A DNA stretch of 47,272 bases from NCBI GenBank assembly GCA_032718475.1, contig JAUCBJ010003852.1:1-47272 (forward strand), in the 5' to 3' direction. The translations under genes and the position numbers were made by a program. Source of the DNA: Nemertoderma westbladi. Its lineage: Eukaryota > Animalia > Xenacoelomorpha. The notes beneath the pieces are model-generated. The model did not search any database and was not told the DNA's origin. It saw only the letters and a list, made by a program, of their open reading frames with translations. This document shows positions 1 through 11,978 of this stretch, piece after piece. How positions within the stretch are numbered: position 1 is the stretch's first letter; every line of letters starts with the position of its first letter.

Positions 1-1
1 G

Positions 2-880
2 ACTATAGTCAAACGATGGTGTGTCATCTTTGTCGGTATGACGTGTAGAGCGATCCATCTAGATATGGTGAACGATCTATCTACCAACAGCTTCATACTG
101 AGTTTACGCCGACAGATCACTCGTTTTGGGACTAGCAACACTATGAGATCCGACAAAGGAACGAACTTCATTGGCGCCAATAATGAGATCAAAGCTTATG
201 TGAAAGATTGGAACCAAAAACAGGTGGACGATCAGCTAAGGGTAACGGCATCTAGCTGGACCTCCAACGCCGCCGACGCCCCTTGGTGGGGAGGAAGTTG
301 GGAGAAACTAATAAGGAGCGTGAAGACTGCATTTCACTTTATAGTGCCGTGCTGCGCGTATCTCACCGACGAACTTTTGCGGACGTTAATGGAAGAAATT
401 GCCGCCTATCTTAACGAGAGACCGCTTATGCCAGTCTTATCGAGTCCCGACTCCCTAGAAGCGCTAACACCCACGCATTTCCTACTAAAGAAACCTGTAG
501 CCATGCTCTCGCAATCGGAAATCACGGACGCAGACAAATACTGCCGACAAACTTGGCAACTTATGCAGTTACTATCCCGTCGTTTCGCTGACCATTTCGA
601 AAAACATTATCTTCCTACGTTACAACTTCGAACAAAGTGGTTTGTGCAGCAAGAAAACGTCAGCGCCGGAGACATGGTCCTTATTGTGGAATCAGATCTT
701 CCACGTAAGAGGTGGCAGACAGGTCGTATCATCGAGACTCATATATCCGATGATGGTTTAGTGCGATCGGTAGAACTCGTCGTCATGCGACGTAACTTTA
801 AGAAACCTGGAATTGTATTCGAAACACAACAACTTAATCACCCAGTTGGTCGTTTATGTTTACTGGAAAGAGACCGATAG
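2..880 (+). CDS. BEL/Pao retrotransposon Pol C-terminus (integrase core + DUF5641), 5'-partial
   Basis: Frame is open from base 2 (TIVKRWCVIF..RAIHLDMV). Motifs SDKGTNFIGA, APWWGGSWEKLIRSVK, LNERPL, LTPTHFL, YLPTLQLRTKW, GDMVLI..PRKRWQTGRI, DGLVRSV. Confidence 0.93.
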   Translation, partial: TIVKRWCVIFVGMTCRAIHLDMVNDLSTNSFILSLRRQITRFGTSNTMRSDKGTNFIGANNEIKAYVKDWNQKQVDDQLRVTASSWTSNAADAPWWGGSWEKLIRSVKTAFHFIVPCCAYLTDELLRTLMEEIAAYLNERPLMPVLSSPDSLEALTPTHFLLKKPVAMLSQSEITDADKYCRQTWQLMQLLSRRFADHFEKHYLPTLQLRTKWFVQQENVSAGDMVLIVESDLPRKRWQTGRIIETHISDDGLVRSVELVVMRRNFKKPGIVFETQQLNHPVGRLCLLERDR

Positions 881-1555
881 TTGTCCGGGAACTATGGAAG
901 GCAAGAGACTCTTCCTACGACCACCTCCCTAATACAACAAACATCTAGGGACTCCCCAACGTAACCGCGTTTGGAGTTTGCTTCCGTTGAGCAAAAATCT
1001 CGCACCACTAGCTACGAGCTAATGAAGCGTGCTGGAGAGAATATTTCGACTAAATTTGTTCGCAAGTACCTTAGGAATATTAATCCTAACAACCTTAATT
1101 CCTATAACTTGATCAACTTCATCCGTCAAGATCCGGAATATGGTGACTTGTTTATAAACTCACATCCAGAGCTACAAGAAGTTCATAGATGACCATATGA
1201 ATATAGAGCCTGAGAACGCGAGTTGGAAAGAACCATCAAACTGAGGAAATTTCTCACTACTCACGGTCAACCTACCGCTCTCGTGCAAACGACCCGTCAG
1301 GGACCAGTAAGAGCTGCTGTCCTGAAACGTGCTCTAAAGGTTGTTCGACCTCATTCCACTGAGGTTGATATCGATCAACCGGGTACCTCGACTGGCGGAT
1401 ACACCGACCGTAATCTGAAACCTTCCGATGCAATTGTATTGCACCCCTCACCCAGGAGTTATAGCCCTCCTAGTAAAGTGGCTCGCCCCAAAGAGAAAAG
1501 GACTCTTACTAGCCTCAAAAATCTTCGTAAACGCCGTTCACGAAAGAAGGACTAA
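881..1555 (+). pseudogene. In-frame C-terminal extension of BEL Pol, broken by stop codons
   Basis: ORFs 971..1192 and 1223..1555 share the frame of 38..880. Only isolated stops (878, 962, 1190) separate them. Lies between integrase and PPT. Confidence 0.55.
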
Positions 1556-1633
1556 TAGTTGAGAGTATTTTTGTATTTTAGAAACTGTGATTTTTTAAAT
1601 TTTATAGACTTAAATCCCATTTTCTGGGAGCGG

Positions 1634-2761
1634 TGTAAAAGCTTTTGCGGACATAACAAGTCATTTTTACGCAATGCGCGGAATACTCTAAAATAGCCCT
1701 AAATTTATCCAACTACGCGACGGGAAGGAATTAGAACCCAGATGACGAAATCTGTCAGCTGATTCTTTGTAGACGTGGAAGTTCTTTGTTCTGTCTTATT
1801 CAGCCAATCAGAGCAATTTTCACTGTACAGCTAACAGAAACCTATGGAAACTCGCGCAATGCATTACGGTCTTTGTTTACTATTTTCTGAGCATCAGAAC
1901 CAACTCAGAATTTTCTGTGCTTCTGGGCAGAAGTTTCAGACTTTGGCCTAGGAACATCAGATGGCCTTGATTATAAGAACGTAAATCTATTAACTGATGA
2001 ACATTACCTGATGAACACTCTGCACGGCACACTGAAACATTGCATTGTAACATTGTAACACTCTCTACATAACATTGAACACTGTCTGTTTTGTATAATA
2101 TTAATTGTTGTTATGTTAATGGATATTGATGTTATATTTGGAGAATACCGATAAATAATCATAAACCACTCAATCTTATTGATTACTGCTTTAAGAGGAA
2201 TAGAGTATGCCGGTAGCAACTGCGACTTAAAATATAGTGGTTTTTGTATGAATTGAATGCTATTTCATAATCCCTACGTGTGTCAGTTGCGATCCTCCTT
2301 ATATATGATCAAATTCAGTGACAGTCGGCAGATTAGTGCGAACTAGTGTGAAGTAGTGTGAAGTAGTGTGAAGGTTAATAAAGCATCTCCTAAAGAATGC
2401 GCTATTTACGAAACTCTGTGGCCATCTAGTTGTGATTAGTTTAAGTCATAACTCTGTTTTTATACTTAAAGCGCCATGTCCTAAAGGAACTGTTAATATT
2501 TCCCCGAAAATAAATATAGTTGTCAGAGATTATATAGTAGCGATCAATCGAATAATACAGTAGGTCTACACTGCAATAACTCTCAAGGAATCCGAATCCA
2601 GTCTCCCACACCGTGGGCCATACGCTGCGCACAGACTGGCTTTGGCTGATGTAACTTCAGTACACTAGGTAATTGGTAAAGGCTAAAGTCGATTTATAAA
2701 CAAGAGGACAACTAAAATTGGCAGGTTAAACTGCTAAAGGTCTAAAAGCGCGAACAATAAC
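1634..2761 (+). mobile_element. 3' LTR of BEL/Pao element
   Basis: Starts TGTAAAAG after the purine-rich tract GGGAGCGG. Homologous end to end with 22659..23867, which ends GCGCGAACAATAACA. Here the final A is replaced by satellite sequence. Confidence 0.85.
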
Positions 2762-5700
2762 GTTACTATAGATGGTAGAGAGAGAGCGAGCAGGTATAGT
2801 ATAACGTTACTATAGATGGTAGAGAGAGAGAGCAGGTACAGTATAACGTTACTATAGATGGTAGAGAGAGAGAGCAGGTATAGTATAACGTTACTATAGA
2901 TGGTAGAGAGAGAGCAGGTATAGTATAACGTTACTATAGACGGTAGAGAGAGAAAGAGCAGGTATAGTATAACGTTACTATAGACGGTAGAGAGAGAGAG
3001 AGAGAGAGCAGGTATAGTATAACGTTACTATAGATGGTAGAGAGAGAGAGAGAGCAGGTATAGTATAACGTTACTATAGATGGTAGAGAGAGAGCAGGTA
3101 TAGTATAACGTTACTATAGATGGTAGAGAGAGAGCAGATATAGTATAACATTACTATAGACGGTAGAGAGAGAGAGCAGGTATAGTATAACGTTACTATA
3201 GATGGTAGAGAGAGAGAGAGCAGGTATAGTATAACGTTACTATAGATGGTAGAGAGAGAGAGAGCAGGTATAGTATAACGTTACTATAGATGGTAGAGAG
3301 AGAGCAGGTATAGTATAACGTTACTATAGATGGTAGAGAGAGAGAGAGAGCAGGTATAGTATAATGTACTATAGATGGTAGAGAGAGAGCAGGTATAGTA
3401 TAACGTTACTATAGATGGTAGAGAGAGAGAGCAGGTATAGTATAACGTTACTATAGACGGTAGAGAGAGAGAGAGCAGGTATAGTATAACGTTACTATAG
3501 ATGGTAGAGAGAGAGAGAGAGCAGGTACAGTATAACGTTACTATTAATAGATGGTAGAGAGAGAGAGAGAAAGCAGGTATAGTATAATGTTACTATAGAT
3601 GGTAGAGAGAGAGCAGGTATAGTATAACGTTACTATAGATGGTAGAAAGAGAGCAGGTATAGTATAACGTTACTATAGACGGTAGAGAGAGAGAGAGAGA
3701 GAGAGCAGGTATAGTAAAACGTTACTATAGATGGTAGAGAGAGAGGGAGAGCAGGTATAGTATAACGTTACTATAGATGGTAGAGAGAGAGAGAGAGCAA
3801 GTATAGTATAACGTTACTATAGATGGTAGAGAGAGAGCAGGTATAGTATAACGTTACTATAGATGGTAGAGAGAGAGAGAGAACAGGTATAGTATAACGT
3901 TACTATAGATGGTAGAGAGAGAGAGCAGGTATAGTATAACGTTACTATAGATGGTAGAGAGAGAGCAGGTATAGTATAACGTTACTATAGATGGTAGAGA
4001 GAGAGAGAGAAAGCAGGTATAGTATAAATTTGCTATAGATGGTAGAGAGAGAGAGAAGGTATTGTATAACGTTACTATAGATAGTAGAGAGAGAGAAGGT
4101 ATAGTATAACGTTACTATAGATGGTAGAGAGAGAGAGAGCAGGTATAGTATAACGTTACTATAGATGGTAGAGAGAGAGAGAGAGAGCAGGTATAGTATA
4201 ACGTTACTATAGACGGTAGAGAGAGAGAGAGAGCAGGTATAGTATAACGTTACTATAGATGGTAGAGAGAGAGCAGGTATAGTATAACGTTACTATAGAT
4301 GGTAGAGAGAGAGCAGGTATAGTATAATGTTACTATAGATGGTAGAGAGAGAGCAGGTATAGTATAACGTTACTATAGATGGTAGAGAGAGAGCAGGTAT
4401 AGTATAACGTTACCTATAGACGGTAGAGAGAGAGCAGGTATAGTATAACGTTACTATAGATGGTAGAGAGAAAGAGAGAGAGCAGGTATAGTATAACATT
4501 ACTGTAGATGGTAGAGAGAGAGCAGGTATAGTATAACGTTACTATAGATGGTAGAGAGAGAGAGCAGGTATAGTATAACGTTACTATAGATGGTAGAGAG
4601 AGAGCAGGTATAGTATAATGTTACTATAGATGGTAGAGAGAGAGCAGGTATAGTATAAATTTACTATAGATGGTAGAGAGAGAGAAGGTATTGTATAACA
4701 TAACTATAGATAGTAGAGAGAGAGAAGGTATAGTATAACGTTACTATAGATGGTAGAGAGAGAGAGAGCAGGTATAGTATAACGTTACTATATATGGTAC
4801 AGAGAGAGAGAGAAAGCAGGTATAGTATAACGTTACTATAGATGGTAGAGAGAGAGAGAGAAAGAGAGAAGGTATAGTATAACGTTACTATAGATGGTAG
4901 AGAGAGAGAAGGTATAGTATAACGTTACTATAGATGGTAGAGAGAGAGCAGGTATAGTATAACGTTACTATAGACAGTAGAGAAAGAGAGAGCAGGTATA
5001 GTATAACGTTACTATAGATGGTAGAGAGAAAGAGAGAGAGAAGGTATAGTATAACGTTACTATAGACGGTAGAGAGAGAGAGAGCAGGTATAGTATAACG
5101 TTACTATAGATGGTAGAGAGAGAGAGAGAAAGCAGGTATAGTATAACGTTACTATAGATGGTAGAGAGAGAGAGAGAGAGAGAGAGAGAGCAGGTATAGT
5201 ATAACGTTACTATAGATGGTAGAGAGAGAGCAGGTATAGTATAACGTTACTATAGATGGTAGAGAGAGAGCAGTTATAGTATAACGTTACTATAGATGGT
5301 AGAAAGAGAGCAGGTATAGTATAACGTTACTATAGACGGTAGAGAGAGAGAGCAGGTATAGTATAACGTTACTATAGACGGTAGAGAGAGAGAGAGAGAG
5401 CAGGTATAGTATAACGTTACTATAGATGGTAGAGAGAGAGCAGGTATAGTATAACGTTACTATAGATGGTAGAGAGAGAGCAGTTATAGTATAACGTTAC
5501 TATAGATGGTAGAAAGAGAGCAGGTATAGTATAACGTTACTATAGACGGTAGAGAGAGAGAGAGCAGGTATAGTATAACATTACTATAGACGGTAGAGAG
5601 AGAGAGCAGGTATAGTATAACATTACTATAGACGGTAGAGAGAGAGAGCAGGTATAGTATAACGTTACTATAGATACGTTATATACTAATAACGTAGAGA

Positions 5701-5953
5701 GAGAGCAGGTATAGTATAACGTTACTATAGATGGTAGAGAGAGAGCAGATATAGTATAACGTTACTATAGACGGTAGAGAGAGAGAGCGAGAGAGAGCAG
5801 GTATAGTATAACGTTACTATAGACGGTAGAGAGAGAGAGCAGGTATAGTATAACGTTACTATAGACGGTAGAGAGAGAGAGAGAGCAGGTATAGTATAAC
5901 GTTACTATAGATGGTAGAGAGAGAGCAGATATAGTATAACGTTACTATAGACG

Positions 5954-5990
<37 letters not shown>

Positions 5991-8900
5991 AGGTATAGTA
6001 TTACGTTTCTATAGATGGTAGAGAGAGAGAGCAGGTATAGTATAACGTTACTATAGATGGTAGAGAGAGAGCAGGTATAGTATAACGTTACTATAGATAG
6101 TAGAGAGAGAGAAGGTATAGTATAAAGTTACTATAGATTTTTTTTTTTTTTTTACTCAAAAGCCTCCATATATTATAATATTAACAAACAATAATTTGAA
6201 TATAAAAACGCACCAAAACAAGTACAAATATAACCCACCACCAGCTGATTCAAACTGTTACCTAGCAACAATACAAACAATACAAATTGGTTCAGTACCC
6301 ATCACCAGTCTGCCACTCTGCCACTGCCAGTACCCAACTCAAGTTACTATAGATGGTAGAGAGAGAGAGAGAGAGCAGGTATAGTATTACGTTTCTATAG
6401 ATGGTAGAGAGAGAGAGCAGGTATAGTATAACATTACTATAGATGGTAGAGAGAGAGCAGGTATAGTATTACGTTTCTATAATGTTACTATAGATGGTAG
6501 AGAGAGAGCGAGCAGGTATAGTATAATGTTACTATAGATGGTAGAGAGAGAGCAGGTATAGTATAACGTTACTATAGACGGTAGAGAGAGAGCAGGTATA
6601 GTATAACGTTACTATAGATGGTAGAGAGAGAGCAGGTATAGTATTACGTTTCTATAGATGGTAGAGAGAGAGCAGGTATAGTATAACGTTACTATAGATG
6701 GTAGAGAGAGAGAGCAGGTATAGTATAACGTTACTATAGATGGTAGAGAGAGAGCAGGTATAGTATTACGTTTCTATAGATGGTAGAGAGAGAGCAGGTA
6801 TAGTATAACGTTACTATAGATGGTAGAGAGAGAGCAGGTATAGTATAATGTTACTATAGATGGTAGAGAGAGAGCGAGCAGGTATAGTATAATGTTACTA
6901 TAGATGGTAGAGAGAGAGCAGGTATAGTATAACGTTACTATAGATGGTAGAGAGAGAGCAGGTATAGTATAATGTTACTATAGATGGTAGAGAGAGAGCG
7001 AGCAGGTATAGTATTACGTTTCTATAGATGGTAGAGAGAGAGCAGTTATAGTATAACGTTACTATAGATGGTAGAGAGAGAGAGCAGGTATAGTATAACG
7101 TTACTATAGATGGTAGAGAGAGAGCAGGTATAGTATTACGTTTCTATAGATGGTAGAGAGAGAGCAGTTATAGTATAACGTTACTATAGACGGTAGAGAG
7201 AGAGCAGGTATAGTATAATGTTACTATAGATGGTAGAGAGAGAGCAGGTATAGTATAACGTTACTATAGATGGTAGAGAGAGAGCAGGTATAGTATAATG
7301 TTACTATAGATGGTAGAGAGAGAGCAGGTATAGTATAACGTTACTATAGATGGTAGAGAGAGAGCAGGTATAGTATTACGTTTCTATAGATGGTAGAGAG
7401 AGAGCAGGTATAGTATAACGTTACTATAAATGGTAGAGAGAGAGCAGGTATAGTATAACGTTACTATAGATGGTAGAGAGAGAGCAGGTATAGTATAACG
7501 TTACTATAGATGGTAGAGAGAGAGCAGGTATAGTATTACGTTTCTATAGATGGTAGAGAGAGAGCAGTTATAGTATAACGTTACTATAGACGGTAGAGAG
7601 AGAGCAGGTATAGTATAATGTTACTATAGATGGTAGAGAGAGAGCAGGTATAGTATAACATTACTATAGATGGTAGAGAGAGAGCAGGTATAGTATAACG
7701 TTACTATAGATGGTAGAGAGAGAGAGAGAGAGCAGGTATAGTATTACGTTTCTATAGATGGTAGAGAGAGAGCAGGTATAGTATAACGTTACTATAGATG
7801 GTAGAGAGAGAGAGAGAGAGCAGGTATAGTATAACGTTACTATAGATGGTAGAGAGAGAGAGAGAGAGCAGGTATAGTATAACGTTACTATAGATGGTAG
7901 AGAGAGAGAGAGAGAGCAGGTATAGTATAACGTTACTATAGATGGTAGAGAGAGAGAGAGAGAGCAGGTATAGTATAACGTTACTATAGATGGTAGAGAG
8001 AGAGAGCAGGTATAGTATTACGTTTCTATAGATGGTAGAGAGAGAGAGCAGGTATAGTATAACGTTACTATAGATGGTAGAGAGAGAGAGAGAAAGCAGG
8101 TATAGTATTACGTTACTATAGATGGTAGAGAGAGAGCAGGTATAGTATAACGTTACTATAGATGGTAGAGAGAGAGAGCAGGTATAGTATAACGTTACTA
8201 TAGATGGTAGAGAGAGAGAGAGAGAGCAGGTATAGTATAACGTTACTATAGATGGTAGAGAGAGAGAGAGAGAGCAGGTATAGTATAACGTTACTATAGA
8301 TGGTAGAGAGAGAGAGCAGGTATAGTATAACGTTACTATAGATGGTAGAGAGAGAGAGCAGGTATAGTATAACGTTACTATAGATGGTAGAGAGAGAGAG
8401 CAGGTATAGTATAACGTTACTATAGATGGTGAGAGAGAGAGAGCAGGTATAGTATAACGTTACTATAGATGGTAGAGAGAGAGAGCAGGTATAGTATAAC
8501 GTTACTATAGATGGTAGAGAGAGAGAGCAGGTATAGTATAACGTTACTATAGATGGTAGAGAGAGAGCAGTTATAGTATAACGTTACTATAGACGGTAGA
8601 GAGAGAGCAGGTATAGTATAACGTTACTATAGATGGTAGAGAGAGAGCAGGTATAGTATAACATTACTATAGATGGTAGAGAGAGAGCAGGTATAGTATA
8701 ACGTTACTATAGATGGTAGAGAGAGAGAGAGAGAGCAGGTATAGTATTACGTTTCTATAGATGGTAGAGAGAGAGAGCAGGTATAGTATAACGTTACTAT
8801 AGATGGTAGAGAGAGAGAGAGAGAGCAGGTATAGTATTACGTTTCTATAGATGGTAGAGAGAGAGAGCAGGTATAGTATAACGTTACTATAGATGGTAGA

Positions 8901-10740
8901 GAGAGAGAGAGAGAGCAGGTATAGTATAACGTTACTATAGATGGTAGAGAGAGAGAGAGAGAGCAGGTATAGTATAACGTTACTATAGATGGTAGAGAGA
9001 GAGAGAGAGAGCAGGTATAGTATTACGTTTCTATAGATGGTAGAGAGAGAGAGCAGGTATAGTATAACGTTACTATAGATGGTAGAGAGAGAGCAGGTAT
9101 AGTATAACGTTACTATAGATGGTAGAGAGAGAGAGCAGGTATAGTATAACGTTACTATAGATGGTAGAGAGAGAGAGCAGGTATAGTATAACGTTACTAT
9201 AGATGGTGAGAGAGAGAGAGAGAGCAGGTATAGTATTACGTTTCTATAGATGGTAGAGAGAGAGAGCAGGTATAGTATAACGTTACTATAGATGGTAGAG
9301 AGAGAGAGAGAGAGCAGGTATAGTATAACGTTACTATAGATGGTGGAGAGAGAGAGAGCAGGTATAGTATAACGTTACTATAGATGGTAGAGAGAGAGAG
9401 AGAGAGCAGGTATAGTATAACGTTTCTATAGATGGTAGAGAGAGAGAGCAGGTATAGTATAACGTTACTATAGATGGTAGAGAGAGAGAGAGAGAGCAGG
9501 TATAGTATTACGTTTCTATAGATGGTAGAGAGAGAGAGCAGGTATAGTATAACGTTACTATAGATGGTAGAGAGAGAGAGAGAGAGCAGGTATAGTATAA
9601 CGTTACTATAGATGGTAGAGAGAGAGAGAGAGAGCAGGTATAGTATAACGTTACTATAGATGGTAGAGAGAGAGAGAGAGAGCAGGTATAGTATTACGTT
9701 TCTATAGATGGTAGAGAGAGAGAGCAGGTATAGTATAACGTTACTATAGATGGTAGAGAGAGAGAGCAGGTATAGTATAACGTTACTATAGATGGTAGAG
9801 AGAGAGAGAGAGCAGGTATAGTATAACGTTACTATAGATGGTAGAGAGAGAGCAGGTATAGTATAACGTTACTATAGATGGTAGAGAGAGAGAGCAGGTA
9901 TAGTATAACGTTACTATAGATGGTAGAGAGAGAGCAGGTATAGTATTACGTTTCTATAGATGGTAGAGAGAGAGCAGTTATAGTATAACGTTACTATAGA
10001 CGGTAGAGAGAGAGCAGGTATAGTATAATGTTACTATAGATGGTAGAGAGAGAGCAGGTATAGTATAACATTACTATAGATGGTAGAGAGAGAGCAGGTA
10101 TAGTATAACGTTACTATAGATGGTAGAGAGAGAGAGAGAGAGCAGGTATAGTATTACGTTTCTATAGATGGTAGAGAGAGAGAGCAGGTATAGTATAACG
10201 TTACTATAGATGGTAGAGAGAGAGAGAGAGAGCAGGTATAGTATTACGTTTCTATAGATGGTAGAGAGAGAGAGCAGGTATAGTATAACGTTACTATAGA
10301 TGGTAGAGAGAGAGAGAGAGAGCAGGTATAGTATTACGTTTCTATAGATGGTAGAGAGAGAGAGCAGGTATAGTATTACGTTTCTATAGATGGTAGAGAG
10401 AGAGAGCAGGTATAGTATAACGTTACTATAGATGGTAGAGAGAGAGAGAGAGAGCAGGTATAGTATAACGTTACTATAGATGGTAGAGAGAGAGAGAGAG
10501 AGCAGGTATAGTATTACGTTTCTATAGATGGTAGAGAGAGAGAGCAGGTATAGTATAACGTTTCTATAGATGGTAGAGAGAGAGCAGGTATAGTATAACG
10601 TTACTATAGATGGTAGAAAGAGAGCAGGTATAGTATTACGTTTCTATAGATGGTAGAGAGAGAGAGCAGGTATAGTATAACGTTACTATAGATGGTAGAG
10701 AGAGAGAGAGCAGGTATAGTATAACGTTACTATAGACGGT
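2757..10740. repeat. Tandem satellite: CAGGTATAGTATAACGTTACTATAGATGGT + (AG)5-17, roughly 170-185 units
   Basis: Directly visible. Units are mostly 40-46 nt with recurrent variants. Unit count is estimated from length. Confidence 0.99.
6138..6340 (-). mobile_element. Short retroposed insert (5'-truncated LINE/SINE or mRNA 3' end) inside the satellite
   Basis: Poly-T at the left end. 13-bp TSD AAGTTACTATAGA at 6125..6137 and 6341..6353. Confidence 0.85.
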
Positions 10741-10744
10741 AAAT

Positions 10745-10982
10745 GGCGTGGTAGCTCAGTTGGTTGAGCGCCGGGCCTGCAATCTAATGGTTGTAGGTTC
10801 AGCCCCGCCAGGGTCCACTCAGCCTTTCATCCACTGGGGTAGATAAAATGAGTACCAGTTAAATAACTGGGAGCAAATCTTGGGATAGGAGTAGCGCCCA
10901 CCCCTACCCTCGGGTAGCAGCTATCGAAAGAGGAGCCTTCGGGTCGCCTCCGGCTTCGGCCGACTGTTTGCTTTTGTTTTTT
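10745..10982 (+). mobile_element. tRNA-derived SINE with Meta domain (MetaSINE-like)
   Basis: A box GGTAGCTCAGTTGG and B-box-like GGTTCAGCCCC. Meta-like core ACTCAGCCTTTCATCC...GGGGTAGATAAAATGAGTACCAG. T-rich tail. Confidence 0.8.
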
Positions 10983-11564
10983 GATCGACGGTAGAAAAAA
11001 TGTGCACATTCTACTATTCCTCCAAAATGCGGATAATAAGTCGGACAAAAAATAGTTTCTTTCTATAAAAGGAATAGTTATTTTTATTATATTATTCAGA
11101 AAGATAAATCATAATAACAACACTTTTTTCCTGAACTATCACCAATCGTCGAAACACATTAGTATTATTTATTATTTACCAACTAGTAGAGCGAAGGTGT
11201 ATTATACAATTATACAATAGGTTTATGAAGATGGAAATTACAGCGACAGTAATAAAGTTTAAAGTAGGCCTACTGTACACCAGCACCGCAGTTATGTAAT
11301 GTTATTATTATATATTTATTTGTACTGTTTATAGAAACAACGACAATGATGTACCAATGAAGCTACTAAAAAGACTTAGTGATTGCGACACTTGTTGGGT
11401 TGCATGTATAGCAGCAGGCATGTTTCTTTATCCCTGGTGCGCTCTCATCTGCAAACATACAATATGCGCGGGAGAGTAATAATAATACCTAGTAATAATT
11501 AGTTATTAGCAAACGTTAAATATATAATGGCTAATAATTAAAGTCATACCAAAGGCGATGAAAA

Positions 11565-11840
11565 TTTCACCAAAATAAATATATTACACCAATTTAAATA
11601 ATGTGACCTCAAAAAAATTTTTCAACACCAAATAAAATAAAGACACCCCAAATAATATTATTCAAACACCAAAATAAATTTTTCAACGCCAAAAATAATT
11701 ATTTAACACTAAAATGAATAAATGCTCCCCAAAACAAATTATTCACACCAAAATAAACGACAAAACTTCCAAAATAAATACAAATTTTTCAAAAATAAAT
11801 TGAAATTTTCCCAAAATAAATAAAAGTTCCCTAAATATAA
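11565..11840 (+). repeat. Degenerate A-rich minisatellite (CACCAAAATAAAT-like)
   Basis: Repeated CACC/CCCAAAATAAAT motifs. Confidence 0.6.
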
Positions 11841-11847
11841 TTATTTA

Positions 11848-11978
11848 TTACATGGGAAAAAAATTAGAACTTTTTTTTCATTATTCTCGAGGCATTTTAT
11901 TTACCGAGCGTCGGCGAGGTTAATAATGGGTCGAGAAAATATTGAGAATAAAATGTTGTACGTTTTTTTCCCATGTAA
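11848..11978. mobile_element. Small fold-back (palindromic) element
   Basis: Arms TACATGGGAAAAAAA / TTTTTTTCCCATGTA, inner TATTCTC/GAGAATA, central CCGAGCGTCGGCGAGG. Confidence 0.6.

Noticed and set aside
2757-10740. CRISPR array (palindromic repeat + spacers)
   Set aside because: Spacers are only (AG)n with no unique sequence, there are no cas genes, and the context is eukaryotic TEs.
10745-10815. Functional tRNA-Cys gene
   Set aside because: Acceptor and anticodon stems pair poorly, and it continues into a SINE core and tail.
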